Shown piece after piece: positions 1 through 11,943 of a stretch of 64,000 nucleotides of DNA. The stretch covers positions 20,522,001 to 20,586,000 of the forward strand of contig CM022667.1 in the NCBI GenBank assembly GCA_012295275.1, in the 5' to 3' direction. The notes under the pieces were generated by a model that saw only the letters and a program-made list of their open reading frames with translations, was not told the origin of the DNA and ran no database searches. The first letter of the stretch is position 1; each line of letters starts with the position of its first letter. The position numbers were made by a program, and so were the translations under genes. This DNA is from Chrysomallon squamiferum. Its lineage: Eukaryota > Animalia > Mollusca.

Positions 1-277
1 TTAGTGCCAGTTCTTTTTCAAAGGTTTATAAATATGACCACATTGCAAAATGACACATTGATGTAAATGGCGTTATAGAAAATGTAACAAAACTCTCTAT
101 TAACGTACATGTAATTAGAGTCCGCTAAACTTAAAATTTTAACAAACAATACATTAATCTTTAAGACATTACGGCTTACAAGATATACTCAGACTGTAGA
201 ATTACACAAATATATAATTAACTACTAAGGTACAGTTCTAAATGATAAAATGATGTCTGTAACAAAGATAGTCGTAC

Positions 278-390
278 AGCACTGTCCACTCCAAGAGAGA
301 TGAGCATGAAGAAGAAGATGATTGACCAGCCCGTGGAGCCTGGCAGGGTGGCAATGGCCTCGGGGTACACGATGAACACCAAGCCGGGAC
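278..390 (-). CDS. SLC6 transporter coding exon 8 (EL4-TM8)
   Basis: cag|..[37 protein letters not shown]|gtacga, 113 nt. The gene continues beyond the window start. Confidence 0.94.
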
Positions 391-570
391 CTGCAACAAA
401 GACGTGACTCTGCTTTACCTTTTCTTGTCAGACTGTAGTCATTGTAAAAATAAGACCTGAATGTGATTAAATATTATAAAAATAATCTTTGTATTTAAAA
501 TGTATTTGGTTTAAAATTTTGAAATACAATTATAAACTTTCACACATTGAATAGAATTTGTGTGTGTGTT

Positions 571-617
<47 letters not shown>

Positions 618-3600
618 CTGTAGTTGTATATTTTTTATGTTATGTATAATAAGAATGTAAAAATAAAAGAAATATAAAAGAGAATCACCTTCCGTAGCCA
701 CTTGGTCGATAGGTTTGTGCGTTTTTAGCGACATGTAGCCAAGATAAGAGAAAATAACAAAACCAGAGAACAGACTGGTGAAACTATTAACTGCCACCGT
801 TATCAGACAGTCTCTGAAAAACAACACAACAAATGTTACACACAGTTATCCGACAGTCTTTGAAAAACAAGTGTTACATACAGTTATCAGACAGTCTTTG
901 AAACACAACATAACAAATGTTACATAGTTATCAGACAGTCTCTGAAACACAATACAACAAATGTTACGTACAGTTATCAATCTATGAAACACAACACAAC
1001 AAATGTTACGTACAGTTATCAGTCTCTAAAACACAACACAACAAATGTTACATACAGTTATCAGACAGTCTTTGAAACACAACATAACAAATGTTACATA
1101 CAGTTATCAGACAGTCTCTGAAACACAACACAACAAATGTTACATAGTTATCAGACAGTCTCTGAAACACAATACAACAAATGTTACGTACAGTTATCAG
1201 TCTATGAAACACAACACAACAAATGTTACATACAGTTATTAAACATTCTTTGAAACAGAATATAACAAATGTTACATACAGTTATCAGACAAAACTCAAC
1301 ACAACAAATGTTACATAGTTATCAGTCTCTGAAACAATACAACAAATGTTACGTACAGTTATCAGACAGTCTCTGAAACACAACACAACAAATGTTACGT
1401 ACAGTTATCAGTCTCTGAAACACAACACAACAAATGTTACATACAGTCTCTGAAACACAACACAACAAATGTTACGTAGTTATCAGTCTCTGAAACACAA
1501 CACAACAAATGTTACGTACAGTTATCAGTCTCTAAAACACAACACAACAAATGTTACATACAGTTATCAGACAGTCTTTGAAACACAACATAACAAATGT
1601 TACATACAGTTATCAGTCTCTGAAACACAACACAACAAATGTTACATAGTTATCAGACAGTCTCTGAAACACAATACAACAAATGTTACGTACAGTTATC
1701 AGTCTCTTAAACACAACACAACAAATGTTACATACAGTTATTAGACATTCTTTGAAACAGAATATAACAAATGTTACATACAGTTATCAGACAGTCTCTG
1801 AAACTCAACACAACAAATGTTACATAGTTATCAGTCTCTGAAACAATACAACAAATGTTACGTACAGTTATCAGACAGTCTCTGAAACACAACACAACAA
1901 ATGTTACGTACAGTTATCAGTCTCTGAAACACAACACAACAAATGTTACATACAGTTATCAGACAGTCTCTGAAACACAACACAACAAATGTTACGTACA
2001 GTTATCAGTCTCTGAAACACAACACAACAAATGTTACGTAGTTATCAGACAGTCTCTGAAACACAACATAACAAATGTTACGTACAGTTATCAGTCTCTG
2101 AAACACAACACAACAAATGTTACGTAGTTGTCAGACAGTCTCTGAAACACAACATAACAAATGTTACGTACAGTTATCAGTCTCTGAAACACAAAATATC
2201 AAATGTTACATACAGTAGTTATCAACCCCAGAAACAACACAACAAATGTTACAGTTATCAGTCTCTGAAACACAACACAACAAATGTTACATTATCAGAC
2301 AGTCTTTGAAACACAACACAACATAACAAATGTTACATTACAGTTATCAGACAGTCTTTGAAACACAACATAACAATGTTACATAGTTATCAGACAGTCT
2401 TTGAAATACAATATAACAAATGTTACATTCAGTCATAGTAAAAAAAATTAAAAAATATCTTATATGCTTGGACATTATTTATGTCATACAGAAATAGTTA
2501 TATGCAAATCAAAAGAAAAATTTACTTCACAATGCGGTCATAAGCCCATAATAATAAAGTGTGTAGTTAAATCTTGATGTTTTCGCTCACATATGGTTTA
2601 ACACTAGACACGAGGGGTCTCCATTATCAGGGGGTGTTACAGTCAAACACAACACATCGAAACAAAAAAAAAGAAAAAAAAAAAGAGAGAAGAAGTAATA
2701 AACTGAAATAATCATGACCTGTAGCAGTTGTTGTGAAACTTGTTGTAGCTGGCGTACGCGATGTGTGATCCAAAACCAGCTCCGACAGAAAACATGATCT
2801 GAATCGCAGCGTCAATCCAAACCTGCAAAAATAGTTTAACTCGGTTCTAATCCAGCAGCCAGGCACAGGAAACAATTCTGATGCTTTAGCGATGGTTAAA
2901 GCTTATCACAATTACTGCTACATCAAAATATACTTAAGTTTACATGTTGCGCCACCTGGAATATCTAGGTAGAAAGTACAGATATTTTTTTTCTTGAGTG
3001 ATAGTGTTATATTTAACTTTAGAGCGAAAAACCATGTATCATTAAAAATAAATGTAAACATTCTCAAAAACTGTAACAAATTACCATGAAAAAATCCATA
3101 AAGTAAAGTAAATAAAATAAAAATAAATAAAATGAATGAATAAATGAATAAATAAATAAACAACAATAATAAATAAATAAATATTTACATACATACATAC
3201 ATACATACAAGGAAAACATCAAAATATAAATATATACATAAATAAACAAAACAAAAACAATAATAACAATAAAAAATAAAAAAAATAACAAAGTACAAAT
3301 CAAAGAAAACAAAAACTGCCATTTTTACCTTTGGATCGGCTAGTCTGGCGAGGTCAGGAGTTATGAAGTACCTGACGCCGTTCCCCGCCCCCGGTAACAT
3401 GGCCCCCCGCACCAGCAGTATCGACATGATGACGTAGGGCATGGTAGCTGTCACCCACACCACCTGAAACAAGTCTTATCTTAGTTTTATTCTGTAAAGA
3501 CAATGTCTCAATTGTTTTGTTATGTCAAGGAAATGCTTTTGTAAATGATATCTTTCTCTTGTGTAGACCAACATACAGATCCATACATACAAATACAAGA

Positions 3601-4771
3601 AACACCAAAATAAACACAAATATGCATCAGATTATATATATATACATAAATACAACACAAACACACACACACACACACACAAACAAACACACACACACAA
3701 AAATGCGCGCGTGCGCGCGATGTATATTCACAAAAAGCAATAATTCAAAGGACAATATTAATTAAAAATTAAAATATATATATTTTAAACAAAAAGGATT
3801 TCGAAAAAGGTTAACTAATTACAGTTTGTTTTTTTTTTTTTTTGCTGGTGTAAGTTTAAGTTTCTAAACATGAGAATACTGAATGAATATTAAAACTTAC
3901 CTTTCCAGTACTTTTCACTCCTTTCCACAGACAGAGATAGAGCACAGTGAACGTGATGAACGTGCACAGAGCAAGCTGCCACCGCACAGGACCAAGATCA
4001 TCAATACCAGAACTCTCGTGAAGTCCAAGCACGCCTCGCCTGACGTAAAATACATTTTTATAAAGACCTTGGAACAGTTGCATGCGTATAGAAACAAATT
4101 TATTGAGCCTCAAGACACAAGACGAACGAGATAAACTTGGTTATGTTATTGTTTGCGAAATGTTTCAGAAACACATACTAATGTTGACTGAAATGAGTAT
4201 ATTATTACTAGGTGCTTTTGTTCTTTACTAGATTTCCGCAAACCTGTCACGTATACATACATATACACATACACAAAATGCATAACATTTACATACATAC
4301 ATACATACACAAAATGCATAATACCTACATACATACCGATATATGCAAACAGCCATTCACTACAGATCACCCACTTTCAAAATAATGAAGGAAGACTAAT
4401 TAATCATTAAATTTATATAATTCCCTATTCTCAAATACTCGTGCACTTTTCAAAGCTGTCTCTGAATGTCTTGCTACAATCGCGACTTACTCGAAGAACT
4501 CCACAGTGGACGAAACGGAAGAGTTTTTGTTGTACGTTCTGTTCACGTTAGTCTCGTTCTGATTCCAGTTCACCTGCCAGCAGTTCTCACTGTTCCAGTC
4601 GTTGTAGCAGCTCGTCCACGGCAGGGTCGACGTGAACGATGATACCAGAAAGAAGACACTCCAGCCGATGATGATGTTGTAGTAGAAGGCGACGACATAG
4701 GCTATAAAACATGATGCCATGCCAATACCTGAACGAAATAAACCAGTATTTATCTTTTAAATACGTACATT

Positions 4772-4842
<71 letters not shown>

Positions 4843-5002
4843 TTTATATTTTATGATTTATTAAATTAATTTAATGATAAATAACTATCGTAAATGCTTT
4901 TTAAAAGCTTTAATACGAGAACAAAAAAAAAAAAAATAAGGGAGAAACTGTTTTGCAAAATGATTCCCTTTTTTTTAAAATAAATTAAAAACAATTTTTT
5001 TT

Positions 5003-5043
<41 letters not shown>

Positions 5044-8000
5044 CGAAAATCATTAAATAAAACCATTCTATAAATGGAATTAGTAATTAAACTAATTTTG
5101 TTTGTGTGACGCTAGTAACTGTCACATTGAATACAGATCTGTGTTTGGTTAATTAGTTTCGCTTGTGAAACCTTTAATAACATGTCTCAGCAAATTAATG
5201 TTAAACCTGCCCAGTGAAGCTTCAAACTCGTGTTATAAGTAACAATATAAAAATTACACACAGAACATATTATTTAAATCAATAAACACGTTAAATATCT
5301 GTATCATCGTTTACGCAATATTTGTTTCGCTAGTATAAAAAAATTAAAAAATGATTATGAAATAATAATTTTCCTGTATATTTAAAACGTTACGAAGAAG
5401 AATGTACTTTTTTTTTTATCTTTGGACGTTTTTCTAACATGAACTTCAGAACTGATAAATTAAAAAAAAACAAAAAAAAACTACCCTTATATTCATTGTT
5501 AGTTACCTTTAAACATGGGGGCAATTTTCCAAACTGTTATTGGACCCTGTCGGTTGAACTGTCCTAGGCACATTTCCAAGAAAAACACAGGCATAGCCCC
5601 CAGTATTAGAATGGAAAAGTATGGAATTAGAAAAGCGCCTGGTCAGGAAATAAAAATATATTATAATATATAAAAAAGAAACAATAAAAATAAATAAACA
5701 AAATAAACAAAAATAAAACAGCTGTAACATTCAGCAGATCATTGTAAAAAGTGGTTCCAACCTTTTTTTTTTCTTCTCTTTATTATACCAAAGATCCTGG
5801 CCGAAACCCTGTTGAAAGTTATCACCAAAGTGTGGCAGTTATCTAAACATTAATGACTTAGTTATCTAAACATCAATGATTTAGTGAAGACATTATTAAC
5901 GCTTTGAATTTTTTTAATCTCATGGTTTTCAATGTTAGAAAGTTTTATTTGGCTGATTTTAGCGTTAATTAGAAGAGAGTGTTCAGAGTTGGTTAGGTGA
6001 CCGAGATGTGACAAGACTTCCCGTGTCTTACTTCTGTCAGTGAGTGAAACCCTGCATGTGATCTCTCTGTGTCACACAGGTTTCCTCACCAGTTCAAAAC
6101 AGTGCAAAACTGGGCTAATTGTACAGAGCCTTTTTTGTAAATCATCATTAATTATAATCAAAGAGCAACCATTCCAATTCTATAAAATATGTAATAAGAA
6201 ATTTTTGCTGCAGAAGATTGTATTGTTTCAAATTTATATTGAATAAGGTGTACGAAAAACCTTGGAATGCTTTAAAATCAAATTATTAAGAAGGTAATAG
6301 AAAAATAATTTTTGCACTACTTTTGACGAACTTTGGAATAGTTTTTACGAAAATGACATATCTAGGTTTAGAAAAACAATTTTTTGTTAAAACTGAGTGG
6401 TATAATTTATATTTTAATATTAAAAATTATGATAGGAATCTAAGCTGAAGTTCCATCTTAACATCAACAGTTAGCAACAGCACCGACATCCTATCAACAT
6501 ATCAGATCATATTTAAACATCGTTTATTTGTTTAATTAGTACATTGGAACTGAAACATTAATAAAGACAGGTTTATTTTAGCTTTTACGTGATGTAAAAA
6601 CTATAGAAAAATATATTGGGGGTTAATATACAAAAACCTGACTCGTTTTTTTCTTTATCTCTCTCTCTGAAAGAAATGGGTTCACAGCAAGATTCTTTTT
6701 TCAAATTGTTGACGTTTTAGCTAAGTCTGAGAATTTGAAAGAATAAAGTAAATTCGAGAAATTCGGTGGACTGAACTTCCTGTTTTCACTTTGTCCGATG
6801 TTCTCAGCTGTTATGTTTACTTTACTGAGGATCTTTTCGAGAGTGCAGACGTCCATGATTAAAGTATTAACTCGAAGGAAGGAAAAAAAAAAACATATTT
6901 TAATGTTTGATTAGGATTTAACAAAATGATAATTTTACTATTGAAAAGAATATTTGTAATTTTCAGTGATACAGTGAAGTTTTTCACACGATAGGAGGGA
7001 AAAAGAAACAGACTGTTTCTGAAATATATTATTCTTTACAACGATGATAAAAATAAATAGTTATAATATTTATAATTACTATTCTAATTGATCAACGAAT
7101 TTATTGCGGAACCCAGTCCCAAATATCTTTAATAAATAACTGAGGTGTAAAAGCCCTTTCCTTATTCCTCACTTAATCATTATAGTGATGTTTATTGGAT
7201 GATCTCAACAGTCAAATTCATTCCAAACTATTGGTTTTCATTTGAGCTTTTGCCCAGAAAAAAAAAAAAAAAGTATAAACGTTGATGGGACACTCACTGT
7301 ACGGAATGATCGCTGAAGGATTTGTCACCTTACAGTATGTTTCAGTGTTTACAAAATTATGCTAAACAACAATTTATATATTTATTTTGTGTAATGTCAT
7401 ATGTATTCTTTACAGCTGAACCTGCTAATGCAACTGAGACCGATCTTTGTGTTTCACTTTGCATGTTGCACATCCAGTAACAGTTAATTTCATTATATGT
7501 ACAGTGATTCTCGTGAAAATATAAAAAATAAAAAATTTCTTAATTTCAGTGATTTTTTCCAAATACTAATACATTATTTATTTTAAATGGTTTTGTTCTA
7601 ATATACCAATATAAATTTGTAACCCTGACATACCATTTTCTCTGACATTCTTTTCTAAACGTAGGGCATTATTAACTTTATATGTGTGAACTGTAATCTT
7701 TATAAAATCAGTTTGGGTGAGCTAATATATCATTATAACGTTTTCATTGAATGATTCATATGTATTCATTAAAATAAAATAAAATCCTGTTTCTGCGATA
7801 TTATTACTGTTGTTGTTGTTATCGTTGTTCTTATTGTCACTGTTATTGTTGCTGCTGTTACCGTTGTTGCATTGTGTTATTGTTTTTTTTGTTGTTGTTG
7901 TTATTATTATTATTATTATTATCATCATAGAAATGGAAATTTCTTTTAAAAACTCACCTCCTCCGTTTTTGTAACACAGGTAAGGAAATCTCCACACATT

Positions 8001-8300
8001 GGCAAGATCTACAGCATATCCAATGATAGAGAGGAGGTAATCCATTTTCTTCCCCCATGTTTCTCTTGGTATTTCTGTTTCAGGATTTCTTTCAGCGTGT
8101 GTCACTGTCTCGACGTCTAGGATTTCTTTCTCTGGTGCAGTGGTTTCATCGAGGTCCAGCTCGTTGTAGGCGGGGGGTGGACACTGCATCAGCACCGACT
8201 CGCTCGCCTCGTCCTTCTGTCGCTCCGTGTCCTCCCCGGCTGCTTTCGGCATGTTCTGCAGCTGATAAGAATTGACTCCCGCTTCAACGTTCATCTTCAT
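278..8300 (-). CDS. SLC6 Na+/Cl- dependent monoamine transporter (noradrenaline/dopamine/octopamine transporter-like). Coding exons 1-8, 3'-partial: join(8300-7958,5638-5507,4728-4491,4039-3901,3463-3329,2822-2719,813-689,390-278)
   Basis: Spliced translation is open and has SLC6 motifs: [99 protein letters not shown]. The TM1 Asp marks the monoamine subgroup. All introns are GT-AG with compatible phases. Confidence 0.95.
689..813 (-). CDS. SLC6 transporter coding exon 7 (TM7)
   Basis: cag|..[42 protein letters not shown]|gtgatt, 125 nt. Confidence 0.94.
799..2430. repeat. Minisatellite, ~42-46 bp unit, ~37 copies, built from the intron 6/exon 7 junction of the SLC6 gene
   Basis: Unit (+) gttatcagacagtctctgaaacacaacacaacaaatgttac(a/g)taca. 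The first copy overlaps the exon and its acceptor. A variant 'gttatt..acattctttgaaacagaatataac' recurs at ~1235 and ~1737. Confidence 0.95.
2719..2822 (-). CDS. SLC6 transporter coding exon 6 (TM6)
   Basis: cag|[35 protein letters not shown]|gtcatg, 104 nt. Confidence 0.94.
3329..3463 (-). CDS. SLC6 transporter coding exon 5 (TM5)
   Basis: cag|[45 protein letters not shown]|gtaaaa, 135 nt. Confidence 0.95.
3901..4039 (-). CDS. SLC6 transporter coding exon 4 (TM4)
   Basis: cag|..[25 protein letters not shown]...WKGVKSTGK|gtaagt, 139 nt. Confidence 0.95.
4491..4728 (-). CDS. SLC6 transporter coding exon 3 (TM3, EL2)
   Basis: cag|..[22 protein letters not shown]...[15 protein letters not shown]...TVEFFE|gtaagt, 238 nt. 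Has the EL2 Cys pair and N-glycosylation sequons. Confidence 0.95.
5507..5638 (-). CDS. SLC6 transporter coding exon 2 (TM2)
   Basis: cag|..[44 protein letters not shown]|gtaac, 132 nt. This frame is not in the ORF track. Confidence 0.95.
7958..8300 (-). CDS. SLC6 transporter coding exon 1 (N-terminus, TM1)
   Basis: ATG at 8300. Ends ...CYKNGG-G|gtgag (phase 1). Likely acceptor cag| at 8351, upstream of the ATG. Confidence 0.92.
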
Positions 8301-8557
8301 CTTGTCCTTATCATCGTTTTAAACCCGTTTGTAATGTTTAGCTTCCCTATCTGTTATCATAGAAGATAATGATCATTATAATAATAATAAAAATTAAACA
8401 TAATAATAATAATAATAACAACAACTTATATAAATAAATATATAAGAAAATAAATAAATCATAAATAAATAATAAATAAGTAAATAAATAAATAAGTAGG
8501 TAAGTAAGTAAGTAAGTAAGTAAGTAAATAAGTAAGTAAGTAGAGAAAGTGATTTAC

Positions 8558-9032
8558 CGTTCAGACATTCCAGTATATAAAGTAAATTTGAGGCGCACGT
8601 GGAACTAACACAAAAGTATAAAACTCGTCAGCTAAACTCGCACCGCTCCCCCAGCTGTGGACAGAACTCGTGGAAAAAGAGATCGCTTGTTTTCAAGTGC
8701 ACAGAAAACATATTTCGTCTTAATTCAAACTGCATTTAATCGTGCATGCATCAGAAGTTATCGACAAAAAGAAAGAAATAGCATCTTAAAGAGACGCGGA
8801 GCTTTGGAATTCCTACAGCGTCAGCTTTTGTGCTGCTCCGAGCAGGCGAGTTTGTGTCCATGACGTGTTTGTTGATGTACAAGACGGAGAAATGGCGCTC
8901 GTCTCTCAGAATTGATGTAATTATACAATCATTGTATGTAAGTGTCATACGTTATTTCCGCCTCCCAAACGGTACCGTGAGGATAACTTAAAATAATAGT
9001 TGTCTCGAGTTATTATTTATTTTTATTTTTCA
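8558..9032 (-). other. Possible 5'-UTR exon of the SLC6 gene (a further upstream exon may end at 9454)
   Basis: Donor CGG|gtaaat at 8558. Acceptor with long U tract ...tttcgtttatcag| at 9033. Upstream donor CAG|gtatag at 9454. GC/CpG-richer than the flanks. No transcript data. Confidence 0.35.
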
Positions 9033-9042
9033 CTGATAAACG

Positions 9043-9077
<35 letters not shown>

Positions 9078-9295
9078 AGAAGAAGAAAGAAAAATTCCCA
9101 GAATAGAAATAATGTAAACTATAAATACATATTTAAATAAAAAAAAAGTTTTCTTAAAAGTTTATTTATTTAATTTTTATTATTTATTTCGTTTTTTTTT
9201 TTTATTTTTTATTTATTCATTATTTATTTATTTCGTTTTATTTATTTATTCATTATTTTTTTATTTATTTATTTATTATACTATCTATATATCTA

Positions 9296-9326
<31 letters not shown>

Positions 9327-9794
9327 ATATATATATATATATATAAGCAGTACCAAACATATTCCTTTCCATTATGATCAATTACTACAAATACTTTATC
9401 GCAAAATAAACACGTATTAATTAACAAAGTGTATTACAAAATAAACACTATACCTGGATGAGCTGGTTTCTTAAACTGAGATGACAGCTCGCAGGTCAAA
9501 CGACTGTGAAAAAAGCCAGCGAATACTCGGAGTGTTGAAATCAGAGCTGAATGCTGAAAACAGATGATACTCAATCCTTGCCACTTCTCCTTTTACCTAC
9601 TTGAACAGCTTCCATGAAACGTCACAACAAGTTTTCTATTGCCTCTGCCATTACCAGCCCGCTAACCGACTTGACAAGTAAAACAAAAACTGCAGCAACG
9701 CTTTCATTAAAAGAAGTCCGCAGATCTGAGTTCCTTTCGCTTTCTATTAAATCAGTGGAAACTGTATTATTATTATTACTACTACTACTACTAC

Positions 9795-9846
<52 letters not shown>

Positions 9847-11256
9847 TTAAAGTCTAAAGTCACTAATAATTATAATATGAGGTTAAAATCAACATTCAGT
9901 ATTTTTATGCTTTCATTAATTGTAATTTTATTTTATTTTATTTTATTTTTTGGTTTTTTATTATTATTATTTTTTTTTTTTTTCAGTCGTATTTTCCTCA
10001 ATAAAATAATTAAGCCAGTTATACGGTTAACATATTGGAACATGTTTAACTGGCACGTGCGTGGTAAGTGTGCATTGCCCAGTGCGGTCTAAACATCTCG
10101 CGTTTTTTCTTTATCACGCAAAATGCGCTCACGTTATTTCATAAACACGTTCGTTAGTTTCCGCTTATTTCCCGCTACATCCGGTCTACGTCGACAGATT
10201 TAATTTTTAATTATCTCTATCACAGTTGATTTACAGCTGTTCCATCGTTTCGTATGTTTACGTAACAATAACAGCTATTTATCAGTGCGGATTTAGTACA
10301 CCATGTTTATAGTATTTTTGTTTTCTGAAGTTGTTTTTAAATTAAATTACTTCTTGGAATCATAAATGAATATTTTACAGATTGTACGTAATAAATATAT
10401 GCGTTAAATAACTAAAGTTATATATATATATACAGGTGTATATATTATTTCTATTATTGAATAGTATATATGTATGTATGTACAGTGTATATGCTTTCAT
10501 TAGCAGAAATTATAATGAAATAAACTGTAACGTTTTGTATTATTGGATTAAGGAATAATATTTTTTAATATAAAAGTGGGTTTTTTGGTCATCTATGCTA
10601 ATAGCATAATAATAATAATAATAATAAAAATTTAAAAAAAACTAGAATTATAATAATAATATGTGTTAATATTTGAAGTCACTGTGTAATAGACCTTCCT
10701 CAGGGGAATGATATTAAAATGGTGTTCAGTGAAATGCTCGTCACAATAATGCTATAAATGTTAAATGAAAAAAGCCTTGAATTTTATTTGTTTATTTTGT
10801 CATGACGTCTATTGTGACGTTGTGAACTGTTACTATACGTCATAAGACCCCGCACTGAGATTGGTGACTTGCCTCATTCGAACAATAATTATTTACGTCT
10901 GCCTGATAAACAGCAGCAGACATCTTTCTTATGTGGTTTCATTTAATATTAAAGTGACGGAAACAATCAAACAGATCTAGGAAAGTAATCACTTTCTTTA
11001 TCAATTAGCTCTTCCTTTGGGCCGGGAAGGAAAGTTTTGAAATGGATCTAACAGAGATCAAGCGACAGGCTGTGTTTTGCCCTACCCCAGCCTGTACTTG
11101 AAACAGTATTCGTATGATACATTGCTTTTATAACGACCAGAAACTGATGTTATTAACTAGTCTGATCATCAGCAGTTGCTAATACACTATCTGCACGATT
11201 AAACAGTGGTAACAATGTCAAATTTCATAGTTTAATACAGATATAGTTTTTAAAAT

Positions 11257-11543
11257 TCTTCTTCTTCTTCTTCTTATTATTATTGTCGTTGTCGTTATCA
11301 TTATCATCATCATCATCATGATTATTATTATTATTGTCGTTGTCGTTATCATCATCATCATCATCATCATTATTATTATTATTGTCGTTGTTGTCGTTAT
11401 CATCATCATCATCATCATCATCATTATTTTAAATTATTTCTTCGTTTCATCATCATTATTATTATTTGTCGTTGTCGTTATCATTATCATCATCATCATT
11501 ATTATTATTATTATTATTGTCGTTGTCGTTATCATCATCATCA

Positions 11544-11577
<34 letters not shown>
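11257..11577. repeat. Compound trinucleotide repeat ((ATT)n-GTCGTTGTCGTT-(ATC)n modules)
   Basis: About 5 modules visible directly. Confidence 0.9.
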
Positions 11578-11844
11578 GTTAAACAGGTTAAAGTCTGTTA
11601 CACTTGACGTCAGTTTCAGACTGGACTAGAAGTGAACTAGAAATCTGCAGCTGATGACAGGCACGTTTAGTGTCGCTCGTGGCACTAATTAGACTAGAGG
11701 GTCATTGACAGCGTTCCTGAAATATTTGTTTCCTTGTAGGGAAACGAGGCATTATAAATACGCTGTATTATAATGTGCTGTTGTAGCAGGCCTCTTAGGG
11801 AAATCAATAGATCATAAACACTGGGCGTTATGTGATTCACAAAC

Positions 11845-11847
<3 letters not shown>

Positions 11848-11936
<89 letters not shown>
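11848..11936. repeat. (AG)n microsatellite
   Basis: Pure dinucleotide run. Similar runs at ~31769-31852, ~41432-41518 (CT) and ~50968-51040. Confidence 0.95.

Positions 11937-11943
<7 letters not shown>

Noticed and set aside
1045-2309. Repetitive plus-strand ORFs, and a CRISPR-like appearance
   Set aside because: These are translations of an intronic minisatellite. There are no unique spacers or cas genes, and the context is eukaryotic.
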